Assembly: GCA_951812955.1 (NCBI GenBank)
Contig: OX638340.1
Coordinates: forward strand, 3,744,001 to 3,808,000
DNA: 64,000 nucleotides
Source of the DNA: an uncultured Gemmatimonadota bacterium
Lineage (GTDB): Bacteria > JAAXHH01
Direction: 5' to 3'
Positions 18,710 to 28,816 of this stretch are shown in pieces. The notes below the pieces were generated by a model. It searched no databases. It was not told the origin of the DNA and worked only from the letters and a program-made list of their open reading frames with translations. Position numbers and translations under genes: made by a program. The stretch's first letter is position 1. Each line of letters opens with the position of its first letter.

Positions 18710-20776
18710 TTGGCAGAGAAAATACTCGTAACCGACGCGTTACCCTACGCGAACGGCAAATTGCACATCGGCCACATCGCCGGCGTCCATCTGCCCGGCA
18801 ATATCTACGTGCGCTACCAGCGTTTGAAAGGCCGGGATGTGGTACACGTCAGCGGATCGGACGATCACGGCGTGGCCATCACCCTGGCCGCCGAGAAGGA
18901 AGGCACAACCCCCAAGGAACTCGTCGACAGGTACTATCCCGTCATCAAGGGCGCCCTCGAAGACTTCGGCATCATCTACGACAATTTCTCGCAGACTTCG
19001 CGGCCGATCCACCATGAAACGGCCCAGGCCTACTTCCGCCGCCTGGAGGAGAAGGGCTGTTTTGAAGTCAGGGAAGTTAACCAGATCTACTGTCCGGCCA
19101 ACGACCGCTTTTTGCCCGACCGCTATGTGGAAGGCACGTGCCCCCACTGCGGATCCGACCGCGCGCGAGGAGATCAGTGCGAGGCCTGCGGCACCATTCT
19201 GGACGCCACACAGCTGATAGACCCTCGCAGCGAGTTCTGCAACGGGCCGCTCGAGGTGCGTCCGGTGATCCACTGGTATTTCAAACTTGCCCGCATGTCG
19301 TCCCGTCTGCAGGAATGGATCGGCACGAAGAAGCACTGGAAGCCCAACGTGCGCAATTACTGCCAGGGCTGGTTCAACGAGGGATTGTCCGACCGCCCCA
19401 TCTCCCGCGACCTGAACTGGGGTGTGGCGCTGCCGACGGAGGAAGCGGTGGGCAAGGTCATGTACGTCTGGTTCGAAAACACGCTGGGCTACGTGTCGTC
19501 CACCCGGGAATGGGCGGTTGACCAGGGCGATCCCGACAGGTGGAAGGACTACTGGCTGAATCCGGACTGCAAACTCGTCAATTTCCTCGGCAAGGACAAC
19601 ATCGTCTTTCACGCGATCCTTTGGCCGGCCATGATCATGGAACACGGTGATTTCGTCCTGCCCTCGGAGATACCGGCCAACGAGTTCCTCAACATCGAGG
19701 GCCAGAAACTGTCCACGAGCCGGAACTGGGCAGTCTGGCTCGACGAGTACCTGGCGGACTTCCCGCCAGATCCCATGCGGTACTGCCTGGCGTCTATTTC
19801 GCCAGAGACGAAGGACGCCGATTTCACCTGGAAGGACTTCCAGGCGCGCAACAACAACGAACTGGCCGATATTTTCGGGAATTTCGTGAACCGCACACTG
19901 ACTTTCATCAAACGGTATTTCGACGGCGTGATCCCGGAGCCGGGAACCTTTTCGCCGGAGGACCGGGAGATGCTGTCGACCGTTTCCGGTGCTCCTACCC
20001 GGATAGGCGAGTGCTTCGAAACCTTCCAGGTAAGGCGGGCCGTCCGTGAACTGATCGCCCTCGGAAACCATTCCAACCGGTACTTCAACGATCAGGCGCC
20101 ATGGAATACCCGAAAGACCGACCGCGCCCGTTGCGCCGCCACGCTCCACGTGTGCGTGCAGGCGGTCAGGGTCCTCGCCCTGGTCATGTCGCCTATTCTG
20201 CCGTTCAGCGCCGAAAGACTGTGGAAGATGACGGGTCTGGAAGGCCGCGTCGATGAGCAGAATTGGGACGAAATCGATATAGATGGATCGCTTTCCGGCA
20301 GGACGATTGGCAAGGTCGAAATCCTGTTCCGCAAGATCGAGGACGATGAGATCGACGCGCAGATCGCGAAACTGGGCAAATCCGTCGCCCGGGGTGACGG
20401 GAAAACGGATTCCGGGGAGGCGTTGGAGTCCGCCGGAACGGACAATAACGAACTCATATCATTCGACGCGTTCCGCCAGATCGATTTGCGCATCGCGGAC
20501 GTCGTGGCGGCCGAGCCGGTTCCCGGTACGGACCGCCTGCTCAGGCTGCAACTGCGCATCGGAGAGGACGAGAGGCAGATCGTGGCCGGCATCGCTCCGA
20601 AATATACGCCGGAGGCGATGGTCGGGCGACAGATTGTAGTGGTGGCGAACCTGGAGCCCGCGAATATCCGGGGCGTGGAATCCAGGGGTATGCTGCTCGC
20701 GGCCGCAGACGACGACGGCGCGCCCATACTCCTCGGTCCGGATGTCAGAGTTCAGTCCGGTTCGTCGGTTAACTGA
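18710..20776 (+). CDS. metG: methionine--tRNA ligase with C-terminal tRNA-binding (EMAP-like) domain
   Basis: HIGH motif (LHIGHIAG), KMSKS-like (KLSTS), Zn knuckle CPHCGS..CEACG, C-terminal anticodon-binding-like domain; non-ATG (TTG) start. Confidence 0.92.
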   Translation: MAEKILVTDALPYANGKLHIGHIAGVHLPGNIYVRYQRLKGRDVVHVSGSDDHGVAITLAAEKEGTTPKELVDRYYPVIKGALEDFGIIYDNFSQTSRPIHHETAQAYFRRLEEKGCFEVREVNQIYCPANDRFLPDRYVEGTCPHCGSDRARGDQCEACGTILDATQLIDPRSEFCNGPLEVRPVIHWYFKLARMSSRLQEWIGTKKHWKPNVRNYCQGWFNEGLSDRPISRDLNWGVALPTEEAVGKVMYVWFENTLGYVSSTREWAVDQGDPDRWKDYWLNPDCKLVNFLGKDNIVFHAILWPAMIMEHGDFVLPSEIPANEFLNIEGQKLSTSRNWAVWLDEYLADFPPDPMRYCLASISPETKDADFTWKDFQARNNNELADIFGNFVNRTLTFIKRYFDGVIPEPGTFSPEDREMLSTVSGAPTRIGECFETFQVRRAVRELIALGNHSNRYFNDQAPWNTRKTDRARCAATLHVCVQAVRVLALVMSPILPFSAERLWKMTGLEGRVDEQNWDEIDIDGSLSGRTIGKVEILFRKIEDDEIDAQIAKLGKSVARGDGKTDSGEALESAGTDNNELISFDAFRQIDLRIADVVAAEPVPGTDRLLRLQLRIGEDERQIVAGIAPKYTPEAMVGRQIVVVANLEPANIRGVESRGMLLAAADDDGAPILLGPDVRVQSGSSVN

Positions 20777-20848
20777 GACCCGGCACGCCGGTCCCGGCCG
20801 GCCGCGCGGAACGGATATCACACGGTAAACCCGCAACCAGACACTGCC

Positions 20849-21613
20849 TTGCTGTTCGATACCCATACCCATCTCACGGCTGAAGCATTCGATCATGACC
20901 GCGATGACGTGATCCAACGTGCGCTCGACGCGGGCGTGGATGGCATGATCGCCGTAGGGTACGACTTAGGCAGCAGCAGGGCCGCCGTGGCCCTCGCCGA
21001 GCGATGCGACTCCGTGTACGCCGCCGCGGGCATCCATCCCTGCCACGTCCACGAAGCAAGCGAAGCGGACTTCGGGGAAATCGAGAAACTGCTGGAACAT
21101 CCTTCCGTCGTCGGCGTGGGCGAAACCGGCATCGACCTGTATCACGACCGATCCACGGGCCCACGGCAGCGGGCGTCGTTCATAAGGCACATGGAATGGG
21201 GCCGGAGCACCGGCCTGCCGGTTATTGTGCACGACCGGGACGCCCATGCCGAAGTCATGGGCGTGTTGGACGAGTTCTCCGGTGATGAAACGACAGCGAT
21301 CCTGCACTGCTTCACCGGGGACGCCGCCATGGCCGAAAAGGCCGTTTCCATGGGATGTTTCCTGGGGTTCGGCGGCATCGCCACGTTCAAGAATTCGGCG
21401 GCCCGCGAGGTGGTCTCCGGGTTGCCGAAGGATTGCATCCTGATCGAAACGGACGCGCCTTACCTTGCGCCCGTGCCCCACCGTGGACGCCGGAACGAAC
21501 CGTCCTACCTAGTAAAAACGGCCGAAGCGGTTGCCTGTCACCGCGCCGTGACTATGGATGAACTGGCGCGGACCACAACCCAGAACGCGAAAAAGGTGTT
21601 TCGAATCCATTGA
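20849..21613 (+). CDS. tatD: TatD family deoxyribonuclease/hydrolase
   Basis: MLFDTHTHL N-terminus; metal ligands His/Glu/Asp conserved. Confidence 0.9.
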   Translation: MLFDTHTHLTAEAFDHDRDDVIQRALDAGVDGMIAVGYDLGSSRAAVALAERCDSVYAAAGIHPCHVHEASEADFGEIEKLLEHPSVVGVGETGIDLYHDRSTGPRQRASFIRHMEWGRSTGLPVIVHDRDAHAEVMGVLDEFSGDETTAILHCFTGDAAMAEKAVSMGCFLGFGGIATFKNSAAREVVSGLPKDCILIETDAPYLAPVPHRGRRNEPSYLVKTAEAVACHRAVTMDELARTTTQNAKKVFRIH

Positions 21614-22482
21614 GTACGGTACTCGATCCTCCCGAAGACCTGCTGGCCGGCCTGCGCAAATCGAATTTCCGCCCATCGCGGTCGAGGGGCCAGCACTTCC
21701 TGAACGATTCGTCCATCGCCCGCCGCATCGTCGAGGCGGCGGGGGTCACGCGACACACGCCCGTCCTTGAAATAGGACCGGGGACCGGCGCGTTGACGCG
21801 GCACCTCGTCAACCGGGCCCGCGGAGTAACGGCCGTGGAAATCGATGCCGAACTTGCACGAGCCCTTCAGACGGCCTATGGAGGCTACGACCACCTGACC
21901 ATCATGAACCGGGACGTGCTCGATCTGGATCTGTCCGAACTGATGAATGCATACGGCGACCCCGGGTTCGTGCTCGTGGCCAACCTGCCCTACGGAATCA
22001 CGGGACCCGTCCTTGAACGGCTGATCGACCATCGAGACAAGATCAGGCGCGCGGTCCTCATGGTTCAGCACGAAGTGGGTGGTCGACTTGCGGCGCATCC
22101 GGGTACGAAAGCCTATGGCGCGGTAACCGCCATCATGGCATACCATTACGGTGTGGAATCGCTGTTCCGCGTGGGCGGCGATCGATTCGTTCCCCGTCCG
22201 GCCGTGGATTCGGTCGTCCTCCGGTTGACGCCCCATGAACGCCCTCCCGTCTCGGTCAGGGACGCCGGCTTGTTGATTGTCGTGATCAAGGCGGCCTTTC
22301 AACATCGACGCAAGATGCTGCACCACGCAATGAATCGATTGGCTCCCGGTTCCGCCGGCTATCTTTCAGATCATACCGGGATCAACCTGAAACGACGCGG
22401 GGAAACCCTGGACCTGAACGAGTTCGCGGCGCTCTCCAATGCGCTCTGTGAATACAGGGACAACCGCGAAGACGAAACCTGA
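21610..22482 (+). CDS. rsmA: 16S rRNA (adenine1518/1519-N6)-dimethyltransferase
   Basis: GQHFL, EIGPGTG SAM motif, NLPY motif; TTG start overlaps the tatD stop. Confidence 0.9.
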   Translation: MSTVLDPPEDLLAGLRKSNFRPSRSRGQHFLNDSSIARRIVEAAGVTRHTPVLEIGPGTGALTRHLVNRARGVTAVEIDAELARALQTAYGGYDHLTIMNRDVLDLDLSELMNAYGDPGFVLVANLPYGITGPVLERLIDHRDKIRRAVLMVQHEVGGRLAAHPGTKAYGAVTAIMAYHYGVESLFRVGGDRFVPRPAVDSVVLRLTPHERPPVSVRDAGLLIVVIKAAFQHRRKMLHHAMNRLAPGSAGYLSDHTGINLKRRGETLDLNEFAALSNALCEYRDNREDET

Positions 22483-22492
22483 CGGATTCACC

Positions 22493-23719
22493 ATGCGCTT
22501 TCGCTATTCACGTAATGCCAGAACGCGGTTGATGGACAGGAAGAAACAACGGCGGGCCTACCTCCTCTACGCCGTGCTGGGGACAGCCGTATTCGTCCTG
22601 CTTGCCCTCGCCATGTGGATCGCGCTGTACGAAAATCAAGCAAGGTCGGTCGTGAACTGGTTGCTGGACCGGCCCATCGCGATTGCCTCGTCCGAATACG
22701 AACGCACGGCCGCCTGGAAATCCGGCCAGCAGGCGTACCAGACTTTGGATACGGCCCTCTACGGTGCATTTTTAAACCTGCAGGTCACACCGGGCAGGAC
22801 ACGGGAAACGAAACCGCGCGCTCCGTTGGGCGACAGCCGTTGGACGCCCGTAGAGCGCCGAATCACCGTTTCGGGCGCGTATTCGCTTACGGAGTGCAAT
22901 CTCGAGATCGCCAGTGCGGTCACGCGGGTGGGCGGAACGGTTATCCGCGCGGAGGAACGGTCTAGGTCCGGGGAATTGTCGCTTGAGATCGGCCACGGCG
23001 GCATGGTTACGCATCGACTGCACGTCACCCGCGACCCGAACCTCCAGCGAAGAACGGGCCGTCTGGCGGTCGTAATCGCCTATTCGGATGGCAATCAACG
23101 GGGAGTGGTCGAGAAATTGTCGGAGTTCACCCGTCCCATCACCTTCGCCCTGCTGCCCTGGGCGAATGGAGTGGACGATATCGCTGCCGAGATCACGGGC
23201 GGCGATCACGAGGTGATTGCTCTGCTACCCATTCAACCGAAGTCGTTCACCCGGAATATACCGCGGCGGAGATCCGTGTTGTCAGCTCATTCGGAATCGG
23301 CCAATCGACGCATCGTGAAAGACGCCCTCGCATCCATTCCCAGGGCCCGGGGCGCGCTGCGGCACCCTGTCGGCCGCGTGGAAATGGATGCCGAGGTGCT
23401 GGCCCCCGTGATGGACGAACTGGGCGAGCGGGACTTGTATTTACTGGACAACCCGGGTAACACGGATACCTCGGGAGCGCCGGATGATTGGGACGGCCGC
23501 GGCCGGCTTCGGATCTGGGGCGTACTCGATTCCGTCTACAACCCCGTGGTCATTTCAATGAACCTTGACCGCGCGTCACTCTCCGCACTGGACAACACGC
23601 GCGCCGTTGTAATCGCCGATGCCAGGCCCCATGCCCTGGAGGTGCTGGAAAATAGGATGGCGCATCTTGAACTCAGAGGTATAGAGTTCGTAACGGTTTC
23701 CGACCTCGTTGACAACTGA
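22493..23719 (+). CDS. divergent polysaccharide deacetylase family protein (YibQ-like), membrane-anchored
   Basis: N-terminal TM helix; C-terminal domain (VVIAYSDGNQ..ITFALLPW..) resembles divergent polysaccharide deacetylase, PF04748-like. Confidence 0.7.
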   Translation: MRFRYSRNARTRLMDRKKQRRAYLLYAVLGTAVFVLLALAMWIALYENQARSVVNWLLDRPIAIASSEYERTAAWKSGQQAYQTLDTALYGAFLNLQVTPGRTRETKPRAPLGDSRWTPVERRITVSGAYSLTECNLEIASAVTRVGGTVIRAEERSRSGELSLEIGHGGMVTHRLHVTRDPNLQRRTGRLAVVIAYSDGNQRGVVEKLSEFTRPITFALLPWANGVDDIAAEITGGDHEVIALLPIQPKSFTRNIPRRRSVLSAHSESANRRIVKDALASIPRARGALRHPVGRVEMDAEVLAPVMDELGERDLYLLDNPGNTDTSGAPDDWDGRGRLRIWGVLDSVYNPVVISMNLDRASLSALDNTRAVVIADARPHALEVLENRMAHLELRGIEFVTVSDLVDN

Positions 23720-23734
23720 CACCGGAGCTTCCCC

Positions 23735-24493
23735 ATGGTAAAACTGAGTATATGCATAGACCAGGTCGCCGCCTTGCGGAACATCGCGAACCGGGGAGAA
23801 CCCGACCCCATGACCGCGGTCATGATGTCCCAGGTGAGTGGGGCGGACGCTGTAACGATCTCGTGGACGTCCGATGCATCGCTCTACCAGCGGGGGGAGT
23901 ACGACATCGTCAGGCAACTCGTGCACACGCACCTGAACGTGATCGCGCCGCCGGACCTGGAACTCCTGCAGAGTATCTTGACGATTTCTCCCGATATGGT
24001 TACCCTTGTTCCCGAGGGTTACGGGCATGCCGGTCTGAACAACGACTGGTTCGACTCGTCCTGGCCTGAAGCCGATACCCTGGAACGGCCGACGGAACGC
24101 ATGACAAAGGCCCTGCAGGATAACGGGATCCTGACGAATGTACTGATCAGGCCCACCGCGACACACGTCCGGCAATGCGCCGAAATCAAGGCGGACTACG
24201 TACATATCGACGCAAGCGGTTACGTTCAGGCTGCCGATCCCGAAGAGCGGAGCCGCAATTACCAGGAAATGGCCGGCGTGGCCAAGACCGCGGCGCGGTT
24301 GAATATGGGCGTTTCCGTAGGACGCGGCATTGAATATCGGACGGCGGGGGAATTGGCGGGCATCGCGGAGGTGGAGGAAATGGTGGTGGGCTATGCCGTT
24401 GCCGTGCGGGCAATGACCGTGGGATACGAGCGGGCAGTCCGCGACCTGGTCGACATTATCCGCCATGCGCCAGGGTCCCAGGGGGACTGGTAG
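23735..24493 (+). CDS. pdxJ: pyridoxine 5'-phosphate synthase
   Basis: 252 aa; KLSICIDQVAALRN N-terminus and TIM-barrel PdxJ pattern. Confidence 0.9.
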   Translation: MVKLSICIDQVAALRNIANRGEPDPMTAVMMSQVSGADAVTISWTSDASLYQRGEYDIVRQLVHTHLNVIAPPDLELLQSILTISPDMVTLVPEGYGHAGLNNDWFDSSWPEADTLERPTERMTKALQDNGILTNVLIRPTATHVRQCAEIKADYVHIDASGYVQAADPEERSRNYQEMAGVAKTAARLNMGVSVGRGIEYRTAGELAGIAEVEEMVVGYAVAVRAMTVGYERAVRDLVDIIRHAPGSQGDW

Positions 24494-24541
24494 ACATTCC
24501 GACAGCGTTACACTAACCGCGGTACCGAAAGGAACAGCACT

Positions 24542-26191
24542 ATCCACAAACGTATCTCATTCCTGGTATTACTTGCCGTTACCCTGATCGGCACAGTCCT
24601 TGTCTCCCCTACCATCAGGCTGTGGTTTTCTTCTCCCGAATCCATCGAAAGGCTTACGCCCGATGAAAGGAAAACGCTCTACGGCCAGTCCACGGTACCC
24701 GGTATCGACCTGGCGGGCGGATATAGGCTGACCGCCGGTCTGGATGTATCCCGTTTCACGGAAAGAGGCAGGATGAGGGCGGTGGAAAGCCTGGTCGAAA
24801 ACTGGCGCTTGCGCCTCAATGCATTCGGGATTTCCGAACCGGTCATCACCGCGCGGGGAAACGACGCTTTCGATATCGTCGTTCCCGTCAGTGTGGATAC
24901 CGGGCTCGCAGCCAGAATGATTCAGGAATCCGGGGCGATCACGCTGCATCTGTTCAAAGATGGCGCGGAAGTGCAGGCCTTGAGGCAGCGTGTAGACGAT
25001 GCCGTTCGTGAACGGGACCGGGACGCAACATCCGGGACTGACGCGCAGGAGCCGGCCGGAACAGGTGGATCGGCATCGGACGGACCCGGTGGGCTCAGCG
25101 CGTTGCTTGCGCGTATTACGGTGGAGGACGGAATCGGAGACATCGCGGTCAGGGAGGACAACCTGGATGCCGTAAAGGCCATGCTGGCCGATTCCACGGT
25201 ACTGGCCAGCATACGGGCCTTCAACCTGGCAAATCCTCCCGCCGGCGCCTTCGCGTGGGCATCAGAACCGGTGGAACGCGGCGGCAGCGTGTACCATCCG
25301 CTCTATTTCATCAACCAGGACGTGGATCTTAACGCCCAGCCCGTCGCTTCGGCCGTAGTCAGCGACGCTTCGGTAACGGCGGACCGGGGCGCTTACGCGG
25401 TACGCCTTTTCCTGCAGGACGAGGGCAGGGAGAGTCTGGCCAACCTCTCCAGTGCCAACGCGGGAAACCGCCTGGCCATCAAGATGAATGGACAGGTGTA
25501 CGTGACGCTGAGTATTCAGGGCAGAATACCCGACGGACGGATAGAGGTTCCCGGCGGCGATACCCTTGAAAAGGCACGCGCCCTGGCGGCCATCCTGGAA
25601 TCCGAAGCGCCTCCCGTGGCCGTCGCGCTCCTGGATCAGGCGGGAGTGGATATGCCCTCACCGTACGGAGACGGGATCGTGGACAGCGCATTCGGCGCCG
25701 CCGTGATTGGCATTGGATTGCTCGGCGCCTTGTTCGTGATCCGGTACCGGGCAGCCGGCTTGCTATTCATTGCGGGGATCCCGTACTTTCTGATCATGAC
25801 CGGAGCGATGCTGAGGCTGTGGAACATCGCCGGAATCGCGCCGTACTTCACGCTCGCCGGCGTGGTTGGATTACTCGCCGCGTTGCTTGTTTTCACCAGC
25901 GTGCATATCTGGATATTCGAGTACCTTCGGGCGGAAATCGGAACGGAGACTAAGGTCCGCCAGGACGTCATGACTACGCTCGAGAAGATCACGCCTGTCC
26001 TGGTCTGGACCCATGTCATGCTGCTGCTCGTCTCCGTGTGCCTGGTCGTGGTAGGCACCGACAGTGTCGTCAATTTCGGTCTCGTGTTGTTTTCCGGTGC
26101 GGCCGGCAGCCTGCTGACCTCGATCCTCTGGACGAACATGCTTCTGTCCTCCCTGGTGGCGGACTGGCAGATCAGAAAGTTGAGTATATGA
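24542..26191 (+). CDS. secD: protein translocase subunit SecD (start codon non-canonical or upstream error)
   Basis: The frame is open from 24518 and encodes N-terminal TM1 (ISFLVLLAVTLIGTVLV) and the IDLAGG motif before the first ATG (24773); no ATG/GTG/TTG upstream in frame; AAGGA SD sits 9 nt before ATC 24542. Confidence 0.8.
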   Translation: MHKRISFLVLLAVTLIGTVLVSPTIRLWFSSPESIERLTPDERKTLYGQSTVPGIDLAGGYRLTAGLDVSRFTERGRMRAVESLVENWRLRLNAFGISEPVITARGNDAFDIVVPVSVDTGLAARMIQESGAITLHLFKDGAEVQALRQRVDDAVRERDRDATSGTDAQEPAGTGGSASDGPGGLSALLARITVEDGIGDIAVREDNLDAVKAMLADSTVLASIRAFNLANPPAGAFAWASEPVERGGSVYHPLYFINQDVDLNAQPVASAVVSDASVTADRGAYAVRLFLQDEGRESLANLSSANAGNRLAIKMNGQVYVTLSIQGRIPDGRIEVPGGDTLEKARALAAILESEAPPVAVALLDQAGVDMPSPYGDGIVDSAFGAAVIGIGLLGALFVIRYRAAGLLFIAGIPYFLIMTGAMLRLWNIAGIAPYFTLAGVVGLLAALLVFTSVHIWIFEYLRAEIGTETKVRQDVMTTLEKITPVLVWTHVMLLLVSVCLVVVGTDSVVNFGLVLFSGAAGSLLTSILWTNMLLSSLVADWQIRKLSI

Positions 26192-27039
26192 TGGAAAAGG
26201 GCCTCACCGCATTGTACGAAAAACTGATCGACCGCCCCGGGGTTGCCTACGCATTCGTCGTCATACTGGCCGTGTTGGGAATCGCAGCAACGGCTATGAA
26301 GAGGGAACACGCGGTCGACGAGGGCGTGGTGGCCTTGCTGCTGTCCGGCGACCTGCTCTACGGCCTGTTCGTGACCATGCTGATCGTGCTGGTCATCGTG
26401 GGCACCCGGATAGACGACCGGCCGGGTAAGAGCATCGCGGTGTCCCTGGGCGTATTGGCGGCGGGAAGCATCGTGCGTTTACTGCTCCCGTTTGCCCGAT
26501 CGATCGACTGGTTGGGAGAATGGAACGGGGTCATGCTAGGCATCATGATTATCACCCTTTACCTGGCGTTTCGCATAGGCGCCCGATTCGCCGTGACGGC
26601 GATGGGTTGCGCGCTATACGTCATGTTCGTCACGGCGGGAATCACCTTTGGACTGTTGGATAGAATTACGGTTTCGGGCATACTGGCGCTGATGGCCGTC
26701 GGAACGCTGGCGGTGGTGATGACCTTCCTGGGCTACAGTCAGGTCAGAAACCAGATAGAAACCGCGCGGCGTGACCCGGCCGGCCATTCCGTGCGTACCG
26801 GCATGTCGCGGGCCCTGCCCTTTCTGATCATGGCCGGCCTGGCCGTCCTGGTGGTCGCCGCTCCGCTGGCCATCGCCGCCGACGGTCCCCCGCGTGATTT
26901 CGGCCTCCTGCTGATGATCGGTGGTCCGGTAGGCGCCTGTGCGGCCCTGATGTCGGCGGTGCCTCTCGTATCCATGATGCAGAACGTACGGTTCGAGGTC
27001 GGGACGCCCCCCCGGCGCGGTGGACGCCGTCAGCGATAA
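26188..27039 (+). CDS. SecF-like export membrane protein, divergent with minimal periplasmic domain
   Basis: ATGATGG overlap with the secD stop; ~8 TM; C-terminal GPPRDFGLLLMIGGPVGACAALMSAVPLV resembles the SecF LRDFALALLIG..SS.F.ASPLL motif; the usual periplasmic domain and DTIVVFDRIRE motif are degenerate. Confidence 0.5.
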   Translation: MMEKGLTALYEKLIDRPGVAYAFVVILAVLGIAATAMKREHAVDEGVVALLLSGDLLYGLFVTMLIVLVIVGTRIDDRPGKSIAVSLGVLAAGSIVRLLLPFARSIDWLGEWNGVMLGIMIITLYLAFRIGARFAVTAMGCALYVMFVTAGITFGLLDRITVSGILALMAVGTLAVVMTFLGYSQVRNQIETARRDPAGHSVRTGMSRALPFLIMAGLAVLVVAAPLAIAADGPPRDFGLLLMIGGPVGACAALMSAVPLVSMMQNVRFEVGTPPRRGGRRQR

Positions 27040-27190
27040 GCGCCTGCCCAGCAGTGGTAAGTGCCCGCCGGCAACGGTGAGTGTCCTCCGGTAGCGGTAA
27101 GCGCCCGCCGGTAGCGGTAAGCGCCCGCCGGTAGCGGTAAGCGCCCGCCGGTAGTGGCAGTCTCCTGCCGGCAACGGTAAGTGCCCACCG
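27040..27190. repeat. intergenic minisatellite, 20-bp unit x 7 (core gtagcggtaagcgcccgccg)
   Basis: Seven consecutive 20-bp units (three identical central copies) between the secF-like stop and the sulfatase start. Confidence 0.9.
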
Positions 27191-27221
27191 CGGAACCATG
27201 GCGCAGGCAGCCTGGAGTACC

Positions 27222-28733
27222 ATGGCCGATCAACCCAACATCCTCCTGATCCTGTCCGACCAGATGGTTGCCGCGCTGACCGGAACCTATGGACATCCCG
27301 TCGTCCGGACCCCTAACCTGGACAGACTGGCGGCAACCGGCGTGCGCTACGATGCCGCCTACACCGCCTTTCCGCTCTGCGCGCCCGGCAGGGCCTGCCT
27401 GATGACGGGAAGGCATGCTTCGGAAATCGGCGCCTGGGACAACGGCGCACTGCTGTCTGCGGACGAACCTACCTTTGCCCACTACCTGGCTCGTGCGGGT
27501 TACGATACCGTGCTGTCGGGCAAGATGCATTTTATCGGCCCGGACCAACTGCACGGATTCAGAAAGCGGCTGACCACCGACATATATTCCTCCGATTTCG
27601 ATTGGGTAAAGCCGGAATGGATCCGCCTGAAAGAAACCAGAGGGACGGACTTCGAGCAGGTCATGAGCAACCGACCGGCCTATAACGCGGCGGGGTACAC
27701 GGGCGACGGTGTGCGGATCGACGCCTGGCACGACGCTTTGAGTTACGACGAGGAAACCCATTTCCGCGCTATTGAATACCTGCGGGCCAGGAACTCCGGC
27801 GGGGAGGACGGCCCCTTTCTGCTCTGCGCGTCCTATCACCATCCGCACGAACCGTTCTGGCCGCCCGATGCCTACTGGAAACAGTATGAAGGGGCGGACA
27901 TCGACCTGCCCGTCTTTCCTGCCGACCTGGATGATCACCATTCCATGATGGACCTGAACCTCAACGCCTATCACGGTACCGGGTGTTACGATCTGCGGAA
28001 CGAAGAGGGCCTCTACCGGCTTCGCCGCGCCTATTACGCCCTGGTGAGCTACATGGACGACAAGGTCGGTGGCCTGCTGGACGCGCTCGACGAAACCGGA
28101 CTGGCTGAAAATACGGTGGTAGTCTTCGCCAGCGATCATGGCGACATGCTGTGCGAGCGGGGCATGGTTCAGAAACGCTGTTTCTACGAATGGTCCTGCC
28201 GGGTGCCCCTCATCGTTCGCTTTCCGGATGGATGGAGGGCGGGTACGACCTTTCCCGATCCCGTGTCGCTGATCGATCTTCTGCCTACGTTCTGCGATCT
28301 CGCGGGCGTTGAGGACCGGCTTCCCCACGACGGCCAAAGTCTCGTGTCAGCGGCCGCGGACGACGGGGACCGCGTGGTGTTCGCCCAGGCGCACGAGGCC
28401 GTGGGCATGCCCTGCATCATGGCGAGGCAGGGTCGGTACAAGTACCATTACATACACGGTTTCGCCCCTCGGCTTTTTGATCTGGACAACGATCCGGACG
28501 AATGGCATAATCTCTCGGGCGAGCACGCCGAGGACGAACACCGCCAGGTGGAAGCGCGTCTGCTCGGCCGGATCCTCGACCGGTTCGACCCGGATGCCAT
28601 TGCGGAGGAAAACCTGGACAGCCTTTACCGGCGGCGCCTGATCCGGGATACCATGTCGCGGTACGGACACACGTGGAGTCATGAGCCCGGTTTAGACCAC
28701 CGGAAGGGCGCCATGAAACAGTATTTGAGCTAG
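27222..28733 (+). CDS. sulfatase (choline-sulfatase/arylsulfatase family)
   Basis: Formylglycine motif C-A-P-G-R (LCAPGRACLMTGR); metal-binding LSDQ..; no signal peptide; alternative start 27198. Confidence 0.85.
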   Translation: MADQPNILLILSDQMVAALTGTYGHPVVRTPNLDRLAATGVRYDAAYTAFPLCAPGRACLMTGRHASEIGAWDNGALLSADEPTFAHYLARAGYDTVLSGKMHFIGPDQLHGFRKRLTTDIYSSDFDWVKPEWIRLKETRGTDFEQVMSNRPAYNAAGYTGDGVRIDAWHDALSYDEETHFRAIEYLRARNSGGEDGPFLLCASYHHPHEPFWPPDAYWKQYEGADIDLPVFPADLDDHHSMMDLNLNAYHGTGCYDLRNEEGLYRLRRAYYALVSYMDDKVGGLLDALDETGLAENTVVVFASDHGDMLCERGMVQKRCFYEWSCRVPLIVRFPDGWRAGTTFPDPVSLIDLLPTFCDLAGVEDRLPHDGQSLVSAAADDGDRVVFAQAHEAVGMPCIMARQGRYKYHYIHGFAPRLFDLDNDPDEWHNLSGEHAEDEHRQVEARLLGRILDRFDPDAIAEENLDSLYRRRLIRDTMSRYGHTWSHEPGLDHRKGAMKQYLS

Positions 28734-28816
28734 AAGGGCGGGTCGAAGCGGTCCGACTTCTCGATTCGCGGATACGAATTCCTGCCTGAGAAGGCTCGCA
28801 GGCATCCAACTGGGGG

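Noticed and set aside
27040-27190. CRISPR array
   Set aside because: Units are contiguous head-to-tail with no unique spacers; likewise for the other repeat loci. No cas genes in the window.
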